Part shown: piece by piece, positions 1 to 11,579 of the stretch
How positions within the stretch are numbered: position 1 is the stretch's first letter
Layout of the letters: the number at the start of each line of letters is the position of its first letter
From: Eledone cirrhosa
Lineage: Eukaryota
Length of the DNA: 64,000 bases
Direction: 5' to 3'
NCBI GenBank assembly: GCA_964016885.1
Contig: OZ024759.1
Span: 2,480,001 to 2,544,000 of the forward strand
Notes under the pieces: model-generated
Seen by the model: only the letters and a program-made list of their open reading frames with translations
What the model was told of the DNA's origin: nothing
Databases searched by the model: none
Made by a program: the position numbers and the translations under genes

Positions 1-3000
1 GGTAACAAAGAGGTTAAAGTTCTGTTTCACCCATGTTTCTACCTCCTCACTAGTGAGGTAACAAAGAGGTTAAAGTTCTGTTTCCCCCATGTTTCTCCCT
101 CCTCACTATTTGAGGTAACAAATAGGTTAAAGTTCTGTTTCAGCCATGTTTCTCCCCCCTCACTAGTTTAGGTAACAAAGAGGTTAACGTTCTGTTTCAC
201 CCATATTTCTCCCTCCTCACTAGTTGAGGTAACAAAGAGGTTGAAGTTCTGTTTCACCCATGTTTCTACCTTCCTCACTATTTGAGGTAACAAAGAGGTT
301 AAAGTTCTGTTTCACCCATGTTTCTACCTCCTCAGTAGTTGAGGTAACAAAGAGGTTAAAGTTCTGTTTCACCCATGTTTCTCCCTCCTCACTAGTTGAG
401 GTAACAAAGAGGTTAAAGTTCTGTTTCACCCATGTTTCTCCCTCCTCACTAGTTGAGGTAACAAAGAGATTAGAGTTCTGTTTCACCCATGTTGCTACCT
501 CCTCACTATTTGAGGTAACGAAAAGGTTAAAGTTCTGTTTCACCCATGTTTCTCTCTCCTCACTATTTGAGGTAACAAAGAGGTTAAAGTTCTGTTTCAG
601 CCATGTTTCTCCCCCCTCACTAGTTTAGGTAACAAAGAGGTTAAAGTTCTGTTTCACCCATGTTTCTCCCTCCTCACTAGTTGAGGTAACAAAGAGGTTA
701 AAGTTCTGTTTCACACATGTTTCTCCCTCCTTACTAGTTGAGGAAACAATGAGGTTAAAGTTCTGTTTCACCCATGTTCCTACCCCTTACTAATGAGGTA
801 ACAAAGAGCTTAAAGTTCTGTTTCACCCATGTTTCTACCTCCTCACTAGTTGAGGTAACAAAGAGGTTAAAGTTCTGTTTACCCCATGTTTCTCCCTCCT
901 CACTATTTGATGTAACAAATAGGTTAAAGTTCTATTTCCCCCATGTTTCTGCCTCCTCACTATTTGAGGTAACAAATAGGTTAGAGTTCTGTTTCACCCA
1001 TGTTTCTCCCCCCTCACTAGTTGAGGTAACAAAGAGGTTAAAGTTCTGTTTCACCCATGTTTCTACCTCCTCACTAGTTGAGGTAACAAAGAGGTTAAAG
1101 TTCTGTTTCACCCATGTTTCTCCCTCCTCATTAGTTGAGGTAACAAAGAGGTTAAAGTTCTGTTTCACACATGTTCTCCCTCCTTACTAGTTGAGGTAAA
1201 AATGAGGTTAAAGTTCTGTTTCACCCATGTTTCTACCCCTTACTAGTTGATGTAACAAATAGGTTAAAGTTCTGTTTCAGCCATGTTTCTCCCCCCTCAC
1301 TAGTTTGGGTAACAAAGAGGTTAAAGTTCTGTTTCAACCATGTTTCTCCCTCCTCACTAGTTGAGGTAACAAAGAGGTTGAAGTTCTGTTTCACCCATGT
1401 TCTACCTCCTCACTAGTTGAGGTAACAAAGAGGTTAAAGTTCTGTTTCATTCATGTTTCTCCCTCCTCACTATTGAGGTAACAAAGAGGTTAAAGTTCTG
1501 TTTCACACATGTTCTCCCTCCTTACTAGTTGAGGTAAAAATGAGGTTAAAGTTCTGTTTCACCCATGTTTCTACCCCTTACTAGTTGATGTAACAAAGAG
1601 GTTAAAGTTCTGTTTCACCCATGTTTCTACCTCCTTACTAGTTGAGGTAACAAAGAGGTTAAAGTTCTGTTTCCCCCATGTTTCTCCCTCCTCACTATTT
1701 GAGGTAACAAATAGGTTAAATTTCTGTTTCAGCCATGTTTCTCCCCCCTCACTAGTTTAGGTAACAAAGAGGTTAAAGTTCTGTTTCACCCATGTTTCTC
1801 CCTCCTCACTAGTTGAGGTAACAAAGAGGTTGAAGTTCTGTTTCACCCATGTTTCTACCTTCCTCACTATTTGAGGTAACAAAGAGGTTAAAGTTCTGTT
1901 TCACCCATGTTTCTACCTCCTCAGTAGTTGAGGTAACAAAGAGGTTAAAGTTCTGTTTCACCCATGTTTCTCCCTCCTCACTAGTTGAGGTAACAAAGAG
2001 GTTAAAGTTCTGTTTCACCCATGTTTCTCCCTCCTCACTCCTTGAGGTAACAAAGAGGTTAGAGTTCTGTTTCACCCATGTTGCTACCTCCTCACTATTT
2101 GAGGTAACGAAAAGGTTAAAGTTCTGTTTCACCCATGTTTCTCTCTCCTCACTATTTGAGGTAACAAAGAGGTTAAAGTTCTGTTTCAGCCATGTTTCTC
2201 CCCCCTCACTAGTTTAGGTAACAAAGAGGTTAAAGTTCTGTTTCACCCATGTTTCTCCCTCCTCACTAGCTGAGGTAACAAAGAGGTTAAAGTTCTGTTT
2301 CACACATGTTTCTCCCACCTTACTAGTTGAGGTAACAATGAGGTTAAAGTTCTGTTTCACCCATGTTTCTACCCCTTACTAATGAGGTAACAAAGAGCTT
2401 AAAGTTCTGTTTCACCCATGTTTCTACCTCCTCACTAGTTGAGGTAACAAAGAGGTTAAAGTTCTGTTTACCCCATGTTTCTCCCTCCTCACTATTTGAT
2501 GTAACAAATAGGTTAAAGTTCTGTTTCCCCCATGTTTCTGCCTCCTCACTATTTGAGGTAACAAATAGGTTAGAGCTCTGTTTCACCCATGTTTCTCCCC
2601 CCTCACTAGTTGAGGTAACAAAGAGGTTAAAGTTCTGTTTCACCCATGTTTCTACCTCCTCACTAATTGAGGTAACAAAGAGGTTAAAGTTCTGTTTCAC
2701 CCATGTTTCTCCCTCCTCATTAGTTGAGGTAACAAAGAGGTTAAAGTTCTGTTTCACACATGTTCTCCCTCCTTACTAGTTGAGGTAAAAATGCGGTTAA
2801 AGTTCTGTTTCACCCATGTTTCTACCCCTTACTAGTTGATGTAACAAAGAGGTTAAAGTTCTGTTTCACCCATGTTTCTACCTCCTAACTAGTTGAGGTA
2901 ACAAAGAGGTTAAAGTTCTGTTTCCCCCATGTTTCTCCCTCCTCACTATTTGAGGTAACAAATAGGTTAAAGTTCTGTTTCAGCCATGTTTCTCCCCCCT

Positions 3001-6000
3001 CACTAATTTGGGTAACAAAGAGGTTAAAGTTCTGTTTCACCCATGTTTCTCCCTCCTCACTAGTTGATGTAACAAAGAGGTTAAAGTTCTGTTTCACCCA
3101 TGTTTCTACCTCCTTACTAGTTGAGGTAACAAAGAAGTTAAAGTTCTGTTTCCCCCATGTTTCTCCCTCCTCACTATTTGAGGTAACAAATAGGTTAAAG
3201 TTCTGTTTCAGCCATGTTTCTCCTTCCTTACCATTTGAGGTAACAAAGAGGTTAAAGTTCTGTTGCACCCATGTTCTCCCTCCTCACTAGTTGAGGTAAC
3301 AAAGAGGTTAGAGTTCTGTTTCACCCATGTTGCTACCTCCTCACTATTTGAGGTAACGAAAAGGTTAATGTTCTGTTTCACCCATGTTTCTCTCTCCTCA
3401 CTATTTGAGGTAACAAAGAGGTTAAAGTTCTGTTTCAGCCATGTTTCTCCCCCCTCACTAGTTTAGGTAACAAAGAGGTTAAAGTTCTGTTTCACCCATG
3501 TTTCTCCCTCCTCAGTAGTTGAGGTAACAAAGAGGTTAAAGTTCTGTTTCACACATGTTTCTCCCTCCTTACTAGTTGAGGTAACAATGAGGTTAAAGTT
3601 CTGTTTCACCCATGTTTCTACCCCTTACTAATGAGGTAACAAAGAGCTTAAAGTTCTGTTTCACCCATGTTTCTACCTCCTCACTAGTTGAAGTAACAAA
3701 GAGGTTAAAGTTCTGTTTACCCCATGTTTCTACCTCCTCACTATTTGATGTAACAAATAGGTTAAAGTTCTGTTTCCCCCATGTTTCTGCCTCCGCACTA
3801 TTTGAGGTAACAAATAGGTTAGAGTTCTGTTTCACCCATGTTTCTCCCCCCTCACTAGTTGAGGTAACAAAGAGGTTAAAGTTCTGTTTCACCCATGTTT
3901 CTACCTCCTCACTAGTTGAGGTAACAAAGAGGTTAAAGTTCTGTTTCACCCATGTTTCTCCCTCCTCATTAGTTGAGGTAACAAAGAGGTTAAAGTTCTG
4001 TTTCACACATGTTCTCCCTCCTTACTAGTTGAGGTAAAAATGAGGTTAAAGTTCTGTTTCACCCATGTTTCTACCCCTTACTAGTTGATGTAACAAAGAG
4101 GTTAAAGTTCTGTTTCACCCATGTTTCTACCTCCTCACTAGTTGAGGTAACAAAGAGGTTAAAGTTCTGTTTCCCCCATGTTTCTCCCTCCTCACTATTT
4201 GAGGTAACAAATAGGTTAAACTTCTGTTTCAGCCATGTTTCTCCCCCCTCACTAGTTTGGGTAACAAAGAGGTTAAAGTTCTGTTTCACCCATGTTTCTC
4301 CCTCCTCACTAGTTGAGGTAACAAAGAGGTTGAAGTTCTGTTTCACCCATGTTCTACCTCCTCACTAGTTGAGGTAACAAAGAGGTTAAAGTTCGGTTTC
4401 ACCCATGTTTCTACCTCCTCACTAGTTGAGGTAACAAAGAGGTTAAAGTTCTGTTTCACCCATGTTTCTCCCTCCTCATTAGTTGAGGTAACAAAGACGT
4501 TAAAGTTCTGTTTCACACATGTTTCTCCCTCCTTACTAGTTGAGGTAACAATGAGGTTAAAGTTCTGTTTCACCCATGTTTCTACCCCTTACTAGATGAG
4601 GTAACAAAGAGGTTAAAGTTCTGTTTCACCCATGTTTCTACCTCCTCACTAGTTGAGGTAACAAAGAGGTTAAAGTTCTGTTTCCCCCATGTTTCTACCC
4701 CTTACTAGTTGAGGTAACAAAGAGGTTAAAGTTCTGTTTCACCCATGTTTCTACCTCCTCACTAGTGAGGTAACAAAGAGGTTAAAGTTCTGTTTCCCCC
4801 ATGTTTCTCCCTCCTCACTATTTGAGGTAACAAATAGGTTAAAGTTCTGTTTCAGCCATGTTTCTCCCCCCTCACTAGTTTAGGTAACAAAGAGGTTAAC
4901 GTTCTGTTTCACCCATATTTCTCCCTCCTCACTAGTTGAGGTAACAAAGAGGTTGAAGTTCTGTTTCACCCATGTTTCTACCTTCCTCACTATTTGAGGT
5001 AACAAAGAGGTTAAAGTTCTGTTTCACCCATGTTTCTACCTCCTCAGTAGTTGAGGTAACAAAGAGGTTAAAGTTCTGTTTCACCCATGTTTCTCCCTCC
5101 TCACTAGTTGAGGTAACAAAGAGGTTAAAGTTCTGTTTCACCCATGTTTCTCCCTCCTCACTAGTTGAGGTAACAAAGAGATTAGAGTTCTGTTTCACCC
5201 ATGTTGCTACCTCCTCACTATTTGAGGTAACGAAAAGGTTAAAGTTCTGTTTCACCCATGTTTCTCTCTCCTCACTATTTGAGGTAACAAAGAGGTTAAA
5301 GTTCTGTTTCAGCCATGTTTCTCCCCCCTCACTAGTTTAGGTAACAAAGAGGTTAAAGTTCTGTTTCACCCATGTTTCTCCCTCCTCACTAGTTGAGGTA
5401 ACAAAGAGGTTAAAGTTCTGTTTCACACATGTTTCTCCCTCCTTACTAGTTGAGGAAACAATGAGGTTAAAGTTCTGTTTCACCCATGTTCCTACCCCTT
5501 ACTAATGAGGTAACAAAGAGCTTAAAGTTCTGTTTCACCCATGTTTCTACCTCCTCACTAGTTGAGGTAACAAAGAGGTTAAAGTTCTGTTTACCCCATG
5601 TTTCTCCCTCCTCACTATTTGATGTAACAAATAGGTTAAAGTTCTATTTCCCCCATGTTTCTGCCTCCTCACTATTTGAGGTAACAAATAGGTTAGAGTT
5701 CTGTTTCACCCATGTTTCTCCCCCCTCACTAGTTGAGGTAACAAAGAGGTTAAAGTTCTGTTTCACCCATGTTTCTACCTCCTCACTAGTTGAGGTAACA
5801 AAGAGGTTAAAGTTCTGTTTCACCCATGTTTCTCCCTCCTCATTAGTTGAGGTAACAAAGAGGTTAAAGTTCTGTTTCACACATGTTCTCCCTCCTTACT
5901 AGTTGAGGTAAAAATGAGGTTAAAGTTCTGTTTCACCCATGTTTCTACCCCTTACTAGTTGATGTAACAAATAGGTTAAAGTTCTGTTTCAGCCATGTTT

Positions 6001-7935
6001 CTCCCCCCTCACTAGTTTGGGTAACAAAGAGGTTAAAGTTCTGTTTCAACCATGTTTCTCCCTCCTCACTAGTTGAGGTAACAAAGAGGTTGAAGTTCTG
6101 TTTCACCCATGTTCTACCTCCTCACTAGTTGAGGTAACAAAGAGGTTAAAGTTCTGTTTCATTCATGTTTCTCCCTCCTCACTATTGAGGTAACAAAGAG
6201 GTTAAAGTTCTGTTTCACACATGTTCTCCCTCCTTACTAGTTGAGGTAAAAATGAGGTTAAAGTTCTGTTTCACCCATGTTTCTACCCCTTACTAGTTGA
6301 TGTAACAAAGAGGTTAAAGTTCTGTTTCACCCATGTTTCTACCTCCTTACTAGTTGAGGTAACAAAGAGGTTAAAGTTCTGTTTCCCCCATGTTTCTCCC
6401 TCCTCACTATTTGAGGTAACAAATAGGTTAAATTTCTGTTTCAGCCATGTTTCTCCCCCCTCACTAGTTTAGGTAACAAAGAGGTTAAAGTTCTGTTTCA
6501 CCCATGTTTCTCCCTCCTCACTAGTTGAGGTAACAAAGAGGTTGAAGTTCTGTTTCACCCATGTTTCTACCTTCCTCACTATTTGAGGTAACAAAGAGGT
6601 TAAAGTTCTGTTTCACCCATGTTTCTACCTCCTCAGTAGTTGAGGTAACAAAGAGGTTAAAGTTCTGTTTCACCCATGTTTCTCCCTCCTCACTAGTTGA
6701 GGTAACAAAGAGGTTAAAGTTCTGTTTCACCCATGTTTCTCCCTCCTCACTCCTTGAGGTAACAAAGAGGTTAGAGTTCTGTTTCACCCATGTTGCTACC
6801 TCCTCACTATTTGAGGTAACGAAAAGGTTAAAGTTCTGTTTCACCCATGTTTCTCTCTCCTCACTATTTGAGGTAACAAAGAGGTTAAAGTTCTGTTTCA
6901 GCCATGTTTCTCCCCCCTCACTAGTTTAGGTAACAAAGAGGTTAAAGTTCTGTTTCACCCATGTTTCTCCCTCCTCACTAGCTGAGGTAACAAAGAGGTT
7001 AAAGTTCTGTTTCACACATGTTTCTCCCACCTTACTAGTTGAGGTAACAATGAGGTTAAAGTTCTGTTTCACCCATGTTTCTACCCCTTACTAATGAGGT
7101 AACAAAGAGCTTAAAGTTCTGTTTCACCCATGTTTCTACCTCCTCACTAGTTGAGGTAACAAAGAGGTTAAAGTTCTGTTTACCCCATGTTTCTCCCTCC
7201 TCACTATTTGATGTAACAAATAGGTTAAAGTTCTGTTTCCCCCATGTTTCTGCCTCCTCACTATTTGAGGTAACAAATAGGTTAGAGCTCTGTTTCACCC
7301 ATGTTTCTCCCCCCTCACTAGTTGAGGTAACAAAGAGGTTAAAGTTCTGTTTCACCCATGTTTCTACCTCCTCACTAATTGAGGTAACAAAGAGGTTAAA
7401 GTTTTGTTTCACCCATGTTTCTCCCTCCTCATTAGTTGAGGTAACAAAGAGGTTAAAGTTCTGTTTCACACATGTTCTCCCTCCTTACTAGTTGAGGTAA
7501 AAATGAGGTTAAAGTTCTGTTTCACCCATGTTTCTACCCCTTACTAGTTGATGTAACAAAGAGGTTAAAGTTCTGTTTCACCCATGTTTCTACCTCCTAA
7601 CTAGTTGAGGTAACAAAGAGGTTAAAGTTCTGTTTCCCCCATGTTTCTCCCTCCTCACTATTTGAGGTAACAAATAGGTTAAAGTTCTGTTTCAGCCATG
7701 TTTCTCCCCCCTCACTAGTTTGGGTAACAAAGAGGTTAAAGTTCTGTTTCACCCATGTTTCTCCCTCCTCACTAGTTGATGTAACAAAGAGGTTAAAGTT
7801 CTGTTTCACCCATGTTTCTACCTCCTTACTAGTTGAGGTAACAAAGAAGTTAAAGTTCTGTTTCCCCCATGTTTCTCCCTCCTCACTATTTGAGGTAACA
7901 AATAGGTTAAAGTTCTGTTTCAGCCATGTTTCTCC
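1..7935. repeat. Near-identical block duplication, offset 4712 bp (1-~3223 repeated at 4713-~7935)
   Basis: Rare variants recur at +4712: CTAGTGAGG 1-bp deletion (~50/~4762), GTTAACGTT...CATATTT (~185/~4897), GAGGAAACAATG (~740/~5452), CTAGCTGAGG (~2266/~6978). ORF starts 220/4932, 774/5486, 1809/6521, 2344/7056. I noticed only about three differences (~2794, ~3006, ~7404). Confidence 0.93.
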
Positions 7936-10900
7936 CCCCTCACTAGTTTAGGTAACAAAGAGGTTAAAGTTCTGTTTCAACCATGTTTCTCCCTCCTCAC
8001 TAGTTGAGGTAACAAAGAGGTTGAAGTTCTGTTTCACCCATGTTTCTACCTTCCTCACTATTTGAGGTAACAAAGAGGTTAAAGTTCTGTTTCACCCATG
8101 TTTCTACCTCCCCACTAGTTGAGGTAACAAAGAGGTTAAAGTTCTGTTTCACCCATGTTTCTCTCTCCTCACTATTTGAGGTAACAAAGAGGTTAAAGTT
8201 CTGTTTCACCCATGTTTCTACCTCCTCACTATTTGAGGTAACAAATAGGTTAAAGTTCTATTTCGCCCCATGTTTCTGCCTCCTCACTATTTGAGGTAAC
8301 AAATAGGTTAGAGTTCTGTTTCACCCATGTTTCTCCCCCCTCACTAGTTGAGGTAACAAAGAGGTTAAAGTTCTGTTTCACCCATGTTTCTACCTCCTCA
8401 CTAGTTGAGGTAACAAAGAGGTTAAAATTCTGTTTCACCCATGTTTCTCCCTCCTCATTAGTTGAGGTAACAAAGAGGTTAAAGTTCTGTTTCACACATG
8501 TTCTCCCTCCTTACTAGTTGAGGTAAAAATGAGGTTAAAGTTCTGTTTCACCCATGTTTCTGCCCCTTACTAGTTGATGTAACAAATAGGTTAAAGTTCT
8601 GTTTCAGCCATGTTTCTCCCCCCTCACTAGTTTGGGTAACAAAGAGGTTAAAGTTCTGTTTCACCCATGTTTCTCCCTCCTCACTAGTTGAGGTAACAAA
8701 GAGGTTGAAGTTCTGTTTCACCCATGTTCTACCTCCTCACTAGTTGAGGTAACAAAGAGGTTAAAGTTCTGTTTCATTCATGTTTCTCCCTCCTCACTAT
8801 TGAGGTAACAAAGAGGTTAAAGTTCTGTTTCACACATGTTCTCCCTCCTTACTAGTTGAGGTAAAAATGAGGTTAAAGTTCTGTTTCACCCATGTTTCTC
8901 TCTCCTCACTATTTGAGGTAACAAAGAGGTTAAAGTTCTGTTTCACCCATGTTTCTACCTCCTCACTATTTGAGGTAACAAAGAGGTTAAAGTTCTGTTT
9001 CACCCATGTTTCTCCCTCCTCATTAGTTGAGGTAACAAAGAGGTTAAAGTTCTGTTTCCCCCATGTTTCTCCCTCCTCACTATTTGAGGTAACAAATAGG
9101 TTAAAGTTCTGTTTCACCCATGTTTCTACCTCCTCAGTAGTTGAGGTAACACAGAGGTTAAAGTTCTGTTTCACCCATGTTTCTCCCTCCTCACTAGTTG
9201 AGGTAACAAAGAGGTTAAAGTTCTGTTTCACCCATGTTTCTCCCTCCTCACTCCTTGAGGTAACAAAGAGGTTAGAGTTCTGTTTCACCCATGTTGCTAC
9301 CTCCTCACTATTTGAGGTAACGAAAAGGTTAAAGTTCTGTTTCACCCATGTTTCTCTCTCCTCACTATTTGAGGTAACAAAGAGGTTAAAGTTCTGTTTC
9401 AGCCATGTTTCTCCCCCCTCACTAGTTTAGGTAACAAAGAGGTTAAAGTTCTGTTTCCCCCATGTTTCTGCCTCCTCACTATTTGAGGTAACAAATAGGT
9501 TAGAGCTCTGTTTCACCCATGTTTCTCCCCCCTCACTAGTTGAGGTAACAAAGAGGTTAAAGTTCTGTTTCACCCATGTTTCTACCTCCTCACTAATTGA
9601 GGTAACAAAGAGGTTAAAGTTCTGTTTCACCCATGTTTCTCCCTCCTCATTAGTTGAGGTAACAAAGAGGTTAAAGTTCTGTTTCACACATGTTCTCCCT
9701 CCTTACTAGTTGAGGTAAAAATGAGGTTAAAGTTCTGTTTCACCCATGTTTCTACCCCTTACTAGTTGATGTAACAAAGAGGTTAAATTTCTGTTTCACC
9801 CATGTTTCTACCTCCTAACTAGTTGAGGTAACAAAGAGGTTAAAGTTCTGTTTCCCCCATGTTTCTCCCTCCTCACTATTTGAGGTAACAAATAGGTTAA
9901 AGTTCTGTTTCAGCCATGTTTCTCCCCCCTCACTAGTTTGGGTAACAAAGAGGTTAAAGTTCTGTTTCACCCATGTTTCTCCCTCCTCACTAGTTGATGT
10001 AACAAAGAGGTTAAAGTTCTGTTTCACCCATGTTTCTACCTCCTTACTAGTTGAGGTAACAAAGAGGTTAAAGTTCTGTTTCCCCCATGTTTCTCCCTCC
10101 TCACTATTTGAGGTAACAAATAGGTTAAAGTTCTGTTTCAGCCATGTTTCTCCCCCCTCACTAGTTTAGGTAACAAAGAGGTTAAAGTTCTGTTTCACCC
10201 ATGTTTCTCCCTCCTCACTAGTTGAGGTAACAAAGAGGTTGAAGTTCTGTTTCACCCATGTTTCTACCTTCCTCACTATTTGAGGTAACAAAGAGGTTAA
10301 AGTTCTGTTTCACCCATGTTTCTACCTCCCCACTAGTTGAGGTAACAAAGAGGTTAAAGTTCTGTTTCACCCATGTTTCTCTCTCCTCACTATTTGAGGT
10401 AACAAAGAGGTTAAAGTTCTGTTTCACCCATGTTTCTACCTCCTCACTATTTGAGGTAACAAAGAGGTTAAAGTTCTGTTTACCCCATGTTTCTCCCTCC
10501 TCACTATTTGATGTAACAAATAGGTTAAAGTTCTATTTCCCCCCATGTTTCTGCCTCCTCACTATTTGAGGTAACAAATAGGTTAGAGTTCTGTTTCACC
10601 CATGTTTCTCCCCCGTCACTAGTTGAGGTAACAAAGAGGTTAAAGTTCTGTTTCACCCATGTTTCTACCTCCTCACTAGTTGAGGTAACAAAGAGGTTAA
10701 AGTTCTGTTTCACCCATGTTTCTCCCTCCTCATTAGTTGAAGTAACAAAGAGGTTAAAGTTCTGTTTCACACATGTTCTCCCTCCTTACTAGTTGAGGTA
10801 AAAATGAGGTTAAAGTTCTGTTTCACCCATGTTTCTACCCCTTACTAGTTGATGTAACAAATAGGTTAAAGTTCTGTTTCAGCCATGTTTCTCCCCCCTC

Positions 10901-11385
10901 ACTAGTTTGGGTAACAAAGAGGTTAAAGTTCTGTTTCACCCATGTTTCTCCCTCCTCACTAGTTGAGGTAACAAAGAGGTTGAAGTTCTGTTTCACCCAT
11001 GTTCTACCTCCTCACTAGTTGAGGTAACAAAGAGGTTAAAGTTCTGTTTCATTCATGTTTCTCCCTCCTCACTATTGAGGTAACAAAGAGGTTAAAGTTC
11101 TGTTTCACACATGTTCTCCCTCCTTACTAGTTGATGTAAAAATAAGGTTAAAGTTCTGTTTCACCCATGTTTCTCTCTCCTCACTATTTGAGGTAACAAA
11201 GAGGTTAAAGTTCTGTTTCACCCATGTTTCTACCTCCTCACTATTTGAGGTAACAAAGAGGTTAAAGTTCTGTTTCACCCATGTTTCTCCCTCCTCATTA
11301 GTTGAGGTAACAAAGAGGTTAAAGTTCTGTTTCCCCCATGTTTCTCCCTCCTCACTATTTGAGGTAACAAATAGGTTAAAGTTCT
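7225..11385. repeat. Block duplication, offset 2218 bp shifting to 2275 bp (one extra monomer in the second copy)
   Basis: ORF pairs 7597/9815, 8000/10218, 8040/10258 (+2218), then 8250/10525 (+2275). Shared ACCTCCCCACTAG variant (~8106/~10324) and shared TTCTATTTC+insertion monomer (~8256/~10531). Confidence 0.8.
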
Positions 11386-11579
11386 GTTTCAGCCATGTTT
11401 CTCCCCCCTCACTAGTTTAGGTAACAAAGAGGTTAAAGTTCTGTTTCACCCATGTTTCTCCCTCCTCACTAGTTGAGGTAACAAAGAGGTTGAAGTTCTG
11501 TTTCACCCATGTTTCTACCTTCCTCACTATTTGAGGTAACAAAGAGGTTAAAGTTCTGTTTCACCCATGTTTCTCCCTC

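Noticed and set aside
1-57. CENP-B box or alpha-satellite homology suggested by 3 x 57 = 171 bp
   Set aside because: The CENP-B box needs TTCG...CGGG core bases and the consensus has no CpG. I see no similarity to alpha satellite; only the trimer length coincides.
40-60. Rho-independent terminator, tRNA or other structured ncRNA from the hairpin
   Set aside because: The stem is only 5-6 bp, there is no U-tract immediately after it, no gene upstream, and no cloverleaf or other recognisable fold.
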